Shown: positions 35,703-46,719 of the stretch, in pieces | Layout: each line of letters starts with the position of its first letter | How positions within the stretch are numbered: position 1 is the first letter of the stretch | Origin: Podospora anserina | Taxonomy: Eukaryota | DNA: 64,000 nucleotides | Direction of reading: 5' to 3' | NCBI GenBank assembly: GCA_017654855.1 | Contig: CM030336.1 | Span: 1,860,001-1,924,000, forward strand | Notes under the pieces: model-generated | The model's input: only the letters and a program-made list of their open reading frames with translations | Told to the model about the DNA's origin: nothing | The model's database searches: none | Program-made: the position numbers and the translations under genes

Positions 35703-37481
35703 CTAACAACGCCTGATGCCCTGGCCGTTGTTCATCTGGCCATTGGGCCTCGATCCACGGTTCAACCCTACCATGCTCGTGTTGTAACTGTCCCTCCTCT
35801 GATGGCTGTCCCTGTTGTCGTAGTTGTCCCTGCTGTAGTAGTTGTCCCTGCGCTGTCCAGCTTCGTTGCCCTTCTCGAGGTCAGCGACCCTCTTAGTTAG
35901 ACTAATGTTGACCTGCTTCAGGTCTGTGATCTGCTTCTCTAACATGGCGAAGCGGGAGTCGTTAGACCGAGCGTGATTCTGGCGATCCTCCTCCTCCTCG
36001 GACTCTTCCGCAGCACCGGCGGGTCCTGATCTGTCGACATTTCGCTCCAACTTCAACAGCCGGGAGGTCACATCTCGCGCGAGGCTCTTATGATCATCGC
36101 GATACCGCTTCACCTTCTTCTGGAGCTTCTCATACCCGGAGGTACTGCCCATCAGCTCCAGTTTCTTGCTGACCCTGTCGAGCTTTGTTTCCATGTCGCT
36201 GCGCTTGGACTCGGCCACGGCGACCTTCCCGACATAGTCCAGAATCTTGGAGTCAAGGGTGGCAAGCTTCTCTTCCAAGGGCCCTTTGGCAGCATTCACT
36301 TTAGCGGCTGCCACATGTGTGATGTACGACTGCTTCTTTTTCTCCAAGACCCCGGCAACCGCCTCCGCCACAGTGGACACAAGTCCAGCGGCTTTGCCTC
36401 CTTTGTGAAGGCCAATATCTGCCCTCAGGCTCTCGATCGCGTTAGTGTGGGATGCGAGGATGTCTGAATGTTCTCCAATTGTGATGTCGATGACCCTCAT
36501 ACGCTGGTGGACCTTTTTGAGCGACTCGCGCTGGGTATCCCCATTATTGGCCAGCGCTGAGCCAAGGATTGGGGAACTGACGGTCTCGGCCGTGGATATT
36601 TCTGAGCTCAGCCCCACAGAGGAGTCGAATCGCAGTGTTGGCGGTGATGATGATGGGGAGACGACCCTCACTGAGCGGATCGAAGGGCGGGTCGACGATG
36701 TTGGAGGGCCTGTTCTTGAAGGGCCGGTCGAAGTTTTTGAAGGGTCTGCCGACGGTTTGGAAGGCCCAGACACCGATGAACGTCGTGTCGACTTTCGAGG
36801 CGTCACTGGCCCCGATGTAGTCTTCTTGCGCTTTTTAGACTTGTGCTGCTCGAGGCTCTCCCCAGGCAATGTGAGTGGCTCCTCGTCTGTGCTGTCGTCT
36901 TCGACATCATTCGGCCTGTGCTGAGCTAAATTGAAGAGCGCGCCCTTCTTTTTGAGCTCGGCCCAACTATCGCGAAGCTCAACCTTGGAGAGATCTGATG
37001 TGGAAACGTCCCCTCCAGCCGAGTCGAGGAAGCTGATGTACTTATCAGCATACATGGCGACATTGGATCGTCTCCGGCGCCCTTTCGAATCGGCGTAAGC
37101 CCTGCGCGCGTGGACAAAGATCCCTTCCAGCAGCTTGATAGTCGTCTCTCCACATCCTGAGAAGGTGTCTGGGGACAGGTCTTTCCAGTATGAGGGCGAG
37201 GGATGGTGATCAGAGAAGAACAAAAGAGCCCGAAAGAGCAAGGCGATGTTGTTTTGCACTCTGGTTTTGGTGATTTCCTCGGGGTTGGCGCGATTCCGAG
37301 ACCCCTTCGGCACACTGGTGTAGTCAGGGCATATCAAGGCCTTCCAGATCCTTTTCTTATGTTCTTGGATCTCTTCAACAGTCTCGGCATCAAACAGGAA
37401 GCCTGGCATCTCCCAAAAAGGGGTGTCAGGAACCATCTTGAAGTCCGCCATGACTTCGATATCCGAGTCGGTCGGGCTCAT
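35703..37481 (-). CDS. Hypothetical 592-aa protein (N-terminal folded region, basic NLS-like tract, S/T/P-rich linker, coiled coil)
   Basis: Uninterrupted 1.8 kb ORF with plausible composition. No family recognised. Confidence 0.7.
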   Translation of the reverse strand: MSPTDSDIEVMADFKMVPDTPFWEMPGFLFDAETVEEIQEHKKRIWKALICPDYTSVPKGSRNRANPEEITKTRVQNNIALLFRALLFFSDHHPSPSYWKDLSPDTFSGCGETTIKLLEGIFVHARRAYADSKGRRRRSNVAMYADKYISFLDSAGGDVSTSDLSKVELRDSWAELKKKGALFNLAQHRPNDVEDDSTDEEPLTLPGESLEQHKSKKRKKTTSGPVTPRKSTRRSSVSGPSKPSADPSKTSTGPSRTGPPTSSTRPSIRSVRVVSPSSSPPTLRFDSSVGLSSEISTAETVSSPILGSALANNGDTQRESLKKVHQRMRVIDITIGEHSDILASHTNAIESLRADIGLHKGGKAAGLVSTVAEAVAGVLEKKKQSYITHVAAAKVNAAKGPLEEKLATLDSKILDYVGKVAVAESKRSDMETKLDRVSKKLELMGSTSGYEKLQKKVKRYRDDHKSLARDVTSRLLKLERNVDRSGPAGAAEESEEEEDRQNHARSNDSRFAMLEKQITDLKQVNISLTKRVADLEKGNEAGQRRDNYYSRDNYDNRDSHQRRDSYNTSMVGLNRGSRPNGQMNNGQGIRRC

Positions 37482-39864
37482 GTTGTGCCCTGGCTTGAAG
37501 CTTGGCAGGCTTTTCCAGTATCTGGCTGGACTGGGTCAGATTTGGACCGACATGAAAAGGGGGTCTAATTCAATACCTGAAGAACTTGAATATCAAGTTC
37601 ACACTGAAAAGCGCTTGTGTAGCCTGTTCCTTTCAATCAGGAAGGAACAGCCTCAAAGTCGAGTTGTCGGAAAGAAAGAGCGTTTAAAGAACCGACGCAA
37701 TGGCGATGGACTCTGAGTTGCCAGAAGGAAAGCGACTGGCAAACGAAGAAGACGAGTTTGGAGTTCGAGTTTCCAGACAGAAAAGCTACTCGGTACTCAA
37801 ACCACTGTCCTGACAATGAGCTGCCGGACATTAGAGGGACGTGAAGGTCGAGAAAATGGCCCTGAAGTTGAATTGTTCCGAAGAGCGATTGGAAGAACAA
37901 AAATTGGCCCTGGAGCCGGAGTGGTCTGGAAGAAAAGAGGGCTTTGAAATTCGAAACGAACAAGCTCAGGCCTGCGCTGCCAAAGAAATCGCGACTTGAG
38001 AATCGAACCAAGCCTGTGCGGCCAAAAGAAAAGCTGCTCGAGGATTTCAAAACTGGAGAATCAGACGGGGCTCTGCCCTCGGTGGGTAGGTGGTGTAGAG
38101 AGGATGACCCCTTCAAGAAGAGAAGCAAAAGCCAAAGAAGCTTGTCGCTGACAAGGCTCAACACAACTTATGGAACAGGGACGGGAGGGTGTGTTGGAAA
38201 AGGGAAGTCGACCCCAGGACAGAGTAGTTGAACTGGGTGGAATATCTGGCACTCCGCCATTGGAGTATCAAAATGGAAGGCACGACTTTCCAGGCCCCCT
38301 TCCCCATGGTAACGGTCAGGTTCGATAAGCTGAGTCGCACCCCTTTTTCGCTGCAGTTGGACCTTTGTTCCGACCAGTCTCAAGGCGATGCCAATTAGAT
38401 TGGAAATTGTGCACGATTCTCTGTTCCATGTTAAAAACATTACTTTGAAGCTGGAACGACTTTTCGCATCCCAAGTTGCTTGTCCATCCACCTGTTTATC
38501 CCGACAAGGCCTGGATTGCGTCGATGGTGGTCATGTAGTTCAGGGGCTCAGGGGTAACCGTCGGAAATGTGGGCCTCTCAAGGAATGGACCGTGCTCAAA
38601 GCTTAGCATCGGCATCGGGGAACCCGACCCGCGACTCGTGCTCTTCACCAAAACGCTGTCGCAAGCCGAAGACAGTGGATAATGCGACAGGCGCATCCAC
38701 CGACGACGCTCTTATGATTTGAACGTCCCAGCAATATCGCAATGGCGTCCACCGGAGGTAGCACCAGGGAGCCCTGGACCGGCGAGACAAAGTCCAAGTT
38801 TAACGGGTAAGTTCCGGCCCCTCCTGGAGAACATGACAACTGCTAATGAACCTCTGTCACCAGCAAAGACAGAAGCGAGTTCCTCGATCCATGCCAGGAG
38901 GCTGCCACGAAAAGCATCCGGTGTCTGCACCGCAACCAGGGTGACCGAACCATGTGCTCCGATTACTTCCAGTCAGTTGCGACAATCTGATACTGTTGGG
39001 GGGGATAACGGTCGAGCAGACTGCGCTAACAATCGGTGTTTTGGGAGGTGTACAGGGCATACAGAGATTGCAAGAAGATTTGGGTATGAAGATTGGGTCT
39101 TGGTGAATGACGGATTGCATGCTGACCGTCGCTGGTGTGGGACAGATCGAGAAGCGCAGGATAGAGAGCAAACGAGGAGGCAATGCTTAATGCTTGACGG
39201 CCGACACCGAACGAACTAGATACCCCGCGCTGTTCCCACGACGGACCAGAGACCTGCTGTGATTCTAGGGTTGATATACCAAGGAATTGGCCTCCAGGAA
39301 TAGAGATACGGCGTGGGACAACTACTTCTCAGGGCAGAATAGACAGGACTACTCCTGTCTCTGTAACAATTTTGTAGTTTTATTTCTCCTCTCTTGTCAT
39401 ACTACGTAACGACTGGCAGACATGCTATTATGCAAACCCATTTTTTCTATAAGATTTAGCAAGAGAGGAGACGGCGATTATAGCTGTTGAACTGGCTTCT
39501 TCGTGGCAGAGGCTCACCGCGGTGAAGGTGGGGTTGCAAAGGTCAAGCTCGTGCCCCACAACCCCACCAAAATGTTGTGGTGAGCTTCTTGTTCCCTCGC
39601 ATGTACGAGTATCCCATCAGCATCTTGGCCCAGAGCGCAACAGGCTTTGGAAACAGTTCTTTTTGAAACTGTTTGCTCGTGTTTCTCAAGTACTGCGGAG
39701 GTTTTCATTGTTGTTTGTAAGCCGCACAAGGTGTACGAGCAGCCCAATTCCTCGCCTGCCATTGGCCCCTCACCTTCAACTCCATCCTGCCCCCCACGTC
39801 GGGTTGGCTGGCCTTCCTCTCTCGCCTCGTCTTCGCCTGCGCCTGCACCAAAAGAGAACCAACC

Positions 39865-42800
39865 ATGGCGTACAACAGATACAGATATGGGCCACCGGCC
39901 CTCAAAAGCAGCGTCGACGTGCAACTGCAGTCTGCGTTTAGTGATGGGAACTGGTCCGCCGTCATTCGGCTTGCTGCAAAACGCTTTGCGACTCTCAAGG
40001 ACCCTTATTATGAGGTACATGCCCTGACTGGCTACCAAGAAGCACATGATACTGAATATTCCATGCAGGCTATCAGAGTCTCTACTGAGGCCCAACTACA
40101 GGGCACTGCCGAGAAATGTGCCGTACTCGTCCATGTCGACGAGTTGGTCAGGAGCAAGAAGACCCCTGATATCGACACCCTCGACCTGTATGAGTGGGCC
40201 TGTCAGGACTTCATAGGTTATGAGATCGACTTTGCCGAGACATTTGGCCCTTTGAGAGCACGATGGGTCAAGGCAAACGCCAGCAGTCCAATGGCCTCAT
40301 CTTGTCTTCAGGGTTGTTTGGAACAGTGGGATCTTGTCAGCGCTCAGCAGATTGCAGCGACCTTGGACAAGACCTATGCCAACACGACTGACCGCCGGTA
40401 CATGTTTTGGAACATCACTTTGACATTCCTCCTTTCAGTATGTATACTCGCCTATTAACAATGGTGTCGAGACGAGGAATTGACGTGTCCAGATTAGCCC
40501 ACAGTGCACTGAAGCCAGTCGCAAAGTGTACAGCCTTTTGACAGTCAGACAGCTCCAAAAGGCAGCTGATATCACGGAAAATTCCGAGAAACTCGAAAAG
40601 ACAGACAGAGGTCTTCTCACAGAAGAGGAGGTCTGCCTCTACTACCGCGTGTTATTGAGTCATGGCACCAAGGAGGAGTTTCTGGCCCGCCTCAGAAGCC
40701 CCAAACTGGGTGCCATCAGTCAACTCAAACAGGGACACAAGCTTCTTTTCTGCGAGTGTCTCGATGCTTTGGAAACTTGGGGTGAATGGGACACCATCTA
40801 CGAGCTCTGCCGTGATGCTCTGAAGTTGGGTCTCGACGGTTCCACCACACCATTCTTCGTCTGCGATTTGAGGATATGGAAGATGTTTGTTGCTGCCGCC
40901 ACCGAGGCAACGAATGCGGATGCGTCAGTGTTTCTTACCTGGCGGGGGTGTCAACATACTAACAGGTTTCTAGGGCTCTCGATGAAGTACAAGAGGTCCT
41001 CAAACAGTTCATCGAGCTCAAGGACAAAGCTACCCCCATGTACAAAAAGAACATCAGCCTGGCGCTGCTCGAAACGACCTTCAAGTTGCCTTCAACCACG
41101 ATCAACCCCGACCACGAAGACACAGCTCTGTCGCCAAAGGTCGTTCAAATAGGGCTTTTCCTCGATCAGTATTACGAGAGATTTGCCGCTTTTGATGACG
41201 TCAAAGGCTATGTGGCTGAGCTGGGATATGAAGAGGCAAAGACATTCTTGGAGGATGTGTTGCCCAAAATTCCAGGCGAGGTATGCTTCTTCTGTTGGTC
41301 TGCATTCTGCAGATGCTAACGGGAGTCTCTCAAGAATCCCACCAAGGCTCAGCAGATCATCATCAAGGCCCTCGAATGCAGGCTGCGCTACACTCTCACC
41401 ACCTGCCCACAAACACTTTCTCCCCATCCAACCGTGGTGGAGGGAACAGACCAAGGAAAGCCCTTCCAATGCCGCGTTTGCTCCAACTTGGCCAAGAGCC
41501 CATGCGAAGGATGCTTGAGGAAGCTGATCATCGATGCCGCTGACGCACACAGACAAATAACTTCTGATAAGGAGCTCTTGGCTGCTATTCCCAAACTGGA
41601 CCGAGACCCCCGACTTGATTTGGCCCTTGTGATGGGAAATTCTCTGCTCAAACTGTCGGGACTGCGGCCTGGGCTGCCGAATTTCGGTCAGTCGTTATGG
41701 CAGGATGTCCAGCCTGATATTTTGCTGCAGGCTGTTTTGCTTCTCGACACGCAGCTGAAAGTGACACCAAATGACAATGGATTGCGGCTGTTGCTGGTGC
41801 AGCTTTACCTCCTTTTCGGCTGCGCCTCCTACGCACACCAGCTCTGGGCTCCCCTTGACGTCAAGCGGACGATTCAGGACGCCCTGAGCCCGTTGTTCTT
41901 TGATAGGATATCCAGCATCTCGCCAGGGTTGTTTCAGGGAACTCGGCCCCTGATGGAACCGCTGCGTGCTTATTACACGCAAAGTCTGCGGGATCCTAGC
42001 CCGGTGAGAATTTGGGATGCCTTTTCGTCTGGTAGCTACACGAGTATTCTTGACATGGCCGAGTATGACAAGAAGCTGCGCACCAGCTGCACTCTTGTGA
42101 TGACACTGGTAGAGGAAAGGCGCGCCACCAGGCTTTTTGGTGGCAAGCTTGATGTTGACATTGATGATCACATTCTCGCGAGTGAGTTTTCCCCGATCGA
42201 TATGATGTACCATGTTTACTGACAGGTCCCCAGCCGATATCGTGGAGGACACCACCCTTGTTCACAAGACCGACTACGGCTCCTTCCCCAGCCTTGAAAG
42301 TGCCAACGGGCCCCCGATTCAAGAGTTCATCCGCCTCGGCCCAGGTCCTTCTGTACGTCCCCATTCCCTTTTCTTCCACAACTTGTATGCTGACCATATC
42401 AGAACGAGCGCTCCCACCTCGCCTTCCTCGCGGAGCAATACCTCGACCTCCTCACCTACACCCCACCAAAAGATTACAAACCCTCTAAAGCCGCCGAAGC
42501 CGCCGCCCGGGACAAGGCCTATGCCCTCGAAACGCTCACCCGCATCAACACCTCCCTCACTGACCTCCTTCACAAGCCCAGCACCCCCAAACTCTTGACT
42601 CCTGCCGAAACAAACTACTACACCGCTTTATCTCTTCTCTCCGCCCTCGTTCTCACAGCCATCTCCCTCCCCAAATCAGAAACCTCTGTTCCAAAGATCG
42701 TCTCTCAAACAACGCAACCCCTCAAAACAACCCTCACGACCCTCCGCACGGGGTTGTTATCGCCCAAGTCGACCGTTCCCGCCACAACCCAGCAGGCGAT

Positions 42801-43221
42801 CTCCTCGCTCTGTGACATGCCCTCTTTTGCCTCGGTACGTGATGTCGCTTTTGCTGTCAAGCTCTCCGCGGCGTTTGTCCTCTCCCACCACGAGAAGGAG
42901 ACAGCAAGGGACAAGTCTGGCAAGTCGGGGCTGCACAAGGAAGTTGTCGCTGAGATGAAGGCTTTGGAGTCGGCGGCGGCAAAGACGCTGGGGGAGGCCA
43001 AGGGTCATGTTGGGGTGCTGAAGGGGGTGATGAATGAGAGTGGGTGGTTGGATAAGTTGTTGGATGTTGTTTTGGGGGAGGAGGACAGGGAGATGGGGGA
43101 GTTGACAGAGAAAGTGAGCGAGATTGTGGAGGGGAGGGGAGGGGCCGAGGAGTGGGCTGGGAAGGTGGTTGATGGCTGGAGGGAGGGGGTGAAGGGGTGG
43201 GGGATGGTGAAGTTTGAGTAA
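39865..43221 (+). CDS. MDM20: NatB N-acetyltransferase auxiliary subunit (Mdm20/NAA25), multi-exon
   Basis: Successive ORF segments joined by GT..AG introns (e.g. 40014-40068); WDLVSAQQIAA..RYMFWNI, LLLVQLYLLFG..A..W..LDVKRTIQDAL and AFSSGSYTSILDM motifs. Confidence 0.85.
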
Positions 43222-43437
43222 GGTAGTGAGTGTCATTTGCAAAGAGTTCCATATGCTTGAGAATGTTTCCTTGTGATCCAATCCGGCTATGCAATAAAAA
43301 TAAACAGAGAAACCGAACTAAGGTGAAATAAATAGGTATCATATGCCAAGCAATCCCCCCCAAGAAGCAAAACCCCCTCTTCCCCCTCTTATCATCTTTC
43401 CTCCGTCTCCCACAACTCCCCCCCAATCCTGCAGACT

Positions 43438-44043
43438 TTAAAAACTCCCACTCCCCCTCCTCTTAGCCCTCTCCCTAGCAGCCCTAGCCAAAATCCCCTG
43501 CTGCTCCTCGCCCAATGTAACCCAAGTCCAAAACCAAGCCATCGTCTCGACAAAAACAAACGTGAAAAACACCCTGTTTTTCAAGGCATCACCCCCCCAG
43601 CCAGAGGGGACATACCCCGGGTTATTGTTCAGCGCTTGATGCATATTGGGGTGGTTGACAAAGCGACTTTTGGCGGACTCGTCGTGGTGGTAGAAGATGG
43701 GGGAGGAAGGCGAGAAGAAGAAGGAGTAGATTGAGAGGGAGAAGCAGATTGAGACTCGGAGGGGGGCTTGGGTGCCCCAGTGGGTGATGAGGGAGATTTC
43801 GTCTGGGTAGGAGAGGGTGGCTAAGTCGGAAATGGCGAGGAAGGCGAGGAGGAAGGATAAAAAGGCGAGGGCGGGGGAGGGGACGTCGAAGGATCGGGAG
43901 GGGGGGAGGGCGAGGGAGTCGCCCAGGAGGGAGACCATGCTTTGGTCGGAGATGGCGGTTGGGTTGGTCAGGAAGAGGAAGGACAGGGTCAGGTGGAAGA
44001 GGGAGAGGGAGGTGAGGATCGTGCGGGAGGATATTAGGGCCAT
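43438..44043 (-). CDS. ILM1: Ilm1-family membrane protein
   Basis: MALISSRTILTSLSLFHLTL..., W..QAPLR and LKNRVFFTFVFVE motifs; four hydrophobic segments. Confidence 0.8.
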   Translation of the reverse strand: MALISSRTILTSLSLFHLTLSFLFLTNPTAISDQSMVSLLGDSLALPPSRSFDVPSPALAFLSFLLAFLAISDLATLSYPDEISLITHWGTQAPLRVSICFSLSIYSFFFSPSSPIFYHHDESAKSRFVNHPNMHQALNNNPGYVPSGWGGDALKNRVFFTFVFVETMAWFWTWVTLGEEQQGILARAARERAKRRGSGSF

Positions 44044-44701
44044 GGTTGAGGCCGGCTTTGAAAGGCTAGCTTTGGCGTTGGGCCAGATGATTTGGACGAC
44101 GGGCGATGGGGGGGAGGTTTGGTAGTTTTGATGCTGGGTGTGCATTCAGTTGTGGCCAGATGCTCAGTCGTCAGAGAGTGCTGGGTTCGCGGGATTCAGC
44201 TCTCCCTCGGGTCGGTTGGTCTGTGTCGTGTGAGACACCAGGATGTCGTGTGGTTTGCTGGTGGGCGAGCTTCAGCTTCGTGTCGGTTCCGTCACAGTCC
44301 AAAAGGGGCACAATTACAAGCCTTATCGGCAAGCTATCCTTCCGATAAGCGAGGGTCATTGACCGGACTTGTTCTCGAATAAATATGGGCCACGGGATCT
44401 GTCAAGCCACATTTATGCTTAAACGTTCTAAGTGTGGCTTGGGGCACCCGGGGCTTGGCACTGCGACCCCTTTGGGCAAGAGGAGCAGGGATCCCACGAT
44501 CGCGGGGTCCATATTGCTGTCTCTCACTGCCTTTTATGAACTGAATCCCGTCAGATGGGACATTCGTGAGTTATCTATTTCAAGATTTAACTGATTTAAG
44601 AAAGCCAACGGGGTAGTGTTGAAGAACAATTGTTACTATCCGAACAAAATCCCAAAAAAACACCACCTTCACCCACCATCTCATCAACCACCGCCACAAC
44701 C

Positions 44702-44878
44702 ATGACAGCAGACGACCTCCCTAACCCCGAGCCGACGCTCGACATTGACAGACACCTAAAATACTGGAAGATGTGCCTCCAGTCCCCCCTCCCCCACCAC
44801 TACCTCTCCAACGAAGGAAACCGCATGGCCCTGGCCTACTTCATCATCAACTCTATCGCCATACTCACACCTCATGCT

Positions 44879-44915
<37 letters not shown>

Positions 44916-46190
44916 CTGATAACAACCTCATCACTCCGCAGGACCGGAGAAAGCTCCGAAAATGGGTCCTCTCCCATCAGCACCCAGGAGGTGGCTTCTC
45001 CCCTGCCTCGTCACTTGTCTACCCCCTTCACGGTTATGAGCAGTCGGAACCAGAAACAGGATCTCAACCGGCAGAAGCAGCCGGAATGGCCAATGCGCCA
45101 GGGACTTTATTTGCACTGCAGCTACTGGCGCTGTTGGCAGATGAGGATGATCCAGAGAGGGCATTCGACGGGGTCGACAGAGCACAAACACTCCGCTGGT
45201 TACGGAGGCTGCAGAGAAAGGACGGGAGTTTCGGGGAGGTGTTGAGGTTGCTGCCTGGTCAGGGGTGGTTCATCGGGGGAGGGTACGACATGCGGTATTG
45301 CTACATCGCCGCGTCGATACGGTGGATGTTGAGGGGGGATGTCGAGGAGGGTGAGCCAGGGTGGGTGGAGGATATTGACAAGGAGAGGTTGACGAGTTAT
45401 ATCCTCAGCAGTCAGGTGAGGTGTTCTTTGTTTCTTACCTCACTTCCATCGCTGACTGACAATCTGGCAGACATACGACGGCGGCTTCGCAGGCAGCTCA
45501 CAGGAAGAACCCCATGCGGGATATGCCTACTGCGCCATCTCTGCGCTTTCCCTCCTCGACCGCCCGTTGCAAACAACCAGCCAACCACCCCCTCCCTCCC
45601 CATCACTCTCCCGCATCCGTGACCTCCCCGCCTTAATCCACTGGCTCACCTCCCGCCAATTCATCTACCTCGAACACCCACCCCCTGTTGCAGAACAAGA
45701 AGAAGAAGAAGAAGACCCAGTCAACTTCCTCCTCCCCCCTCTCACATCCCTTTCTCTCTCTCCACCCCTCATAGCCTCCAACGGCCGCACAAACAAAGTA
45801 GCCGACACGTGTTACACCTGGTGGGTCGTAGCAGCGCTATCCAACCTCTGCCAGTTGCAGCTACTCGGCGACTGGGCACCAGCGAGACGGTTCCTGCTGG
45901 AGAAGATGGCGCATCGGATAGGCGGGTTTAGTAAATACCCTGGTGGACCACCGGACGTGTACCACAGCTGTTTTGGGCTGACGGTCATGTCGTTGATGGG
46001 GGAGCCGGGATTGCAGAAGTTGGATGGGGGGTTGGCGGTGCCGGTTGTGACGGTGGGGGTTATTGAACAGGCGAGGGGGGAGTTGTTGAGAAGGGCGAGG
46101 GGGGAGGGGAAGGGGAAGGGGGTGGTGGAATTGGGGTTGAGGATGAGGGGGGGGACGACGAGGCCGGGGTGGTTGAGGGGGGTTAATTAG
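44702..46190 (+). CDS. CDC43: Geranylgeranyltransferase type I beta subunit, 2 exons (intron 45416-45470)
   Basis: RHLKYWKMCL..LP, DMRYCYIAASIR, QTYDGGF..EPHAGYAYCA, GRTNKVADTCYTWW and GGFSKYPGGPPDVYHS prenyltransferase repeats. Confidence 0.9.
44879..44914 (+). repeat. (AAC)12 microsatellite encoding poly-Asn in the GGTase-I beta gene
   Basis: Read directly from the sequence. Confidence 0.9.
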
Positions 46191-46446
46191 GGGTGTTATC
46201 CTACAAAGGGTGATGAGGACTTCTGGATGGGTTGGTTAGTGTACCATATATACTTAATATTGGGAGTGTTCGGATCAGAGGTGTGTAATTGTGAGATCAT
46301 TGGGACGCATCTTGGTATTTTTGCTGTCGAAACCGCAACTTGGGCGCCTTTCTCATATCCGCAAAATAAAATAGAATTAAGATCTTGAGTGTGCATTCAG
46401 GGGACATTCGGGAGAAACTTGGCTAAAAGCAAAAAATGATATTGTG

Positions 46447-46535
46447 TCCCCTCGACCGGAATCGAGCCGGTGACCTTTCGGTATCGATAAATTGCATTTA
46501 CAGCCGAACGTGATAGCCAACTACACCACAAGGGG
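46447..46535 (-). tRNA. tRNA-Tyr(GTA) with a 15-nt intron (46483-46497)
   Basis: Minus strand: CCCCTTG acceptor pairs with CGAGGGG-A; D arm GTGTAGTTGGCTATCAC; anticodon stem TTCGG/CCGAA with CT-GTA-A; T stem ACCGG/CCGGT; T6 Pol III terminator at 46431-46436. Confidence 0.93.
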
Positions 46536-46719
46536 ATTTGATTTGATGGTTACAAGTAGCAGAATGCGCACTTATGGTGATGTGGGGAACATGCGGGATT
46601 TTTGTGTTGATCCACGCCTGGGCAAACACTTCCAGTCAAACATGTCAAATGATACCTTGATACAAATCCAACGGCTCTTTATATTTTATCTCACCAAATC
46701 ATATATATCACTATCCAAT

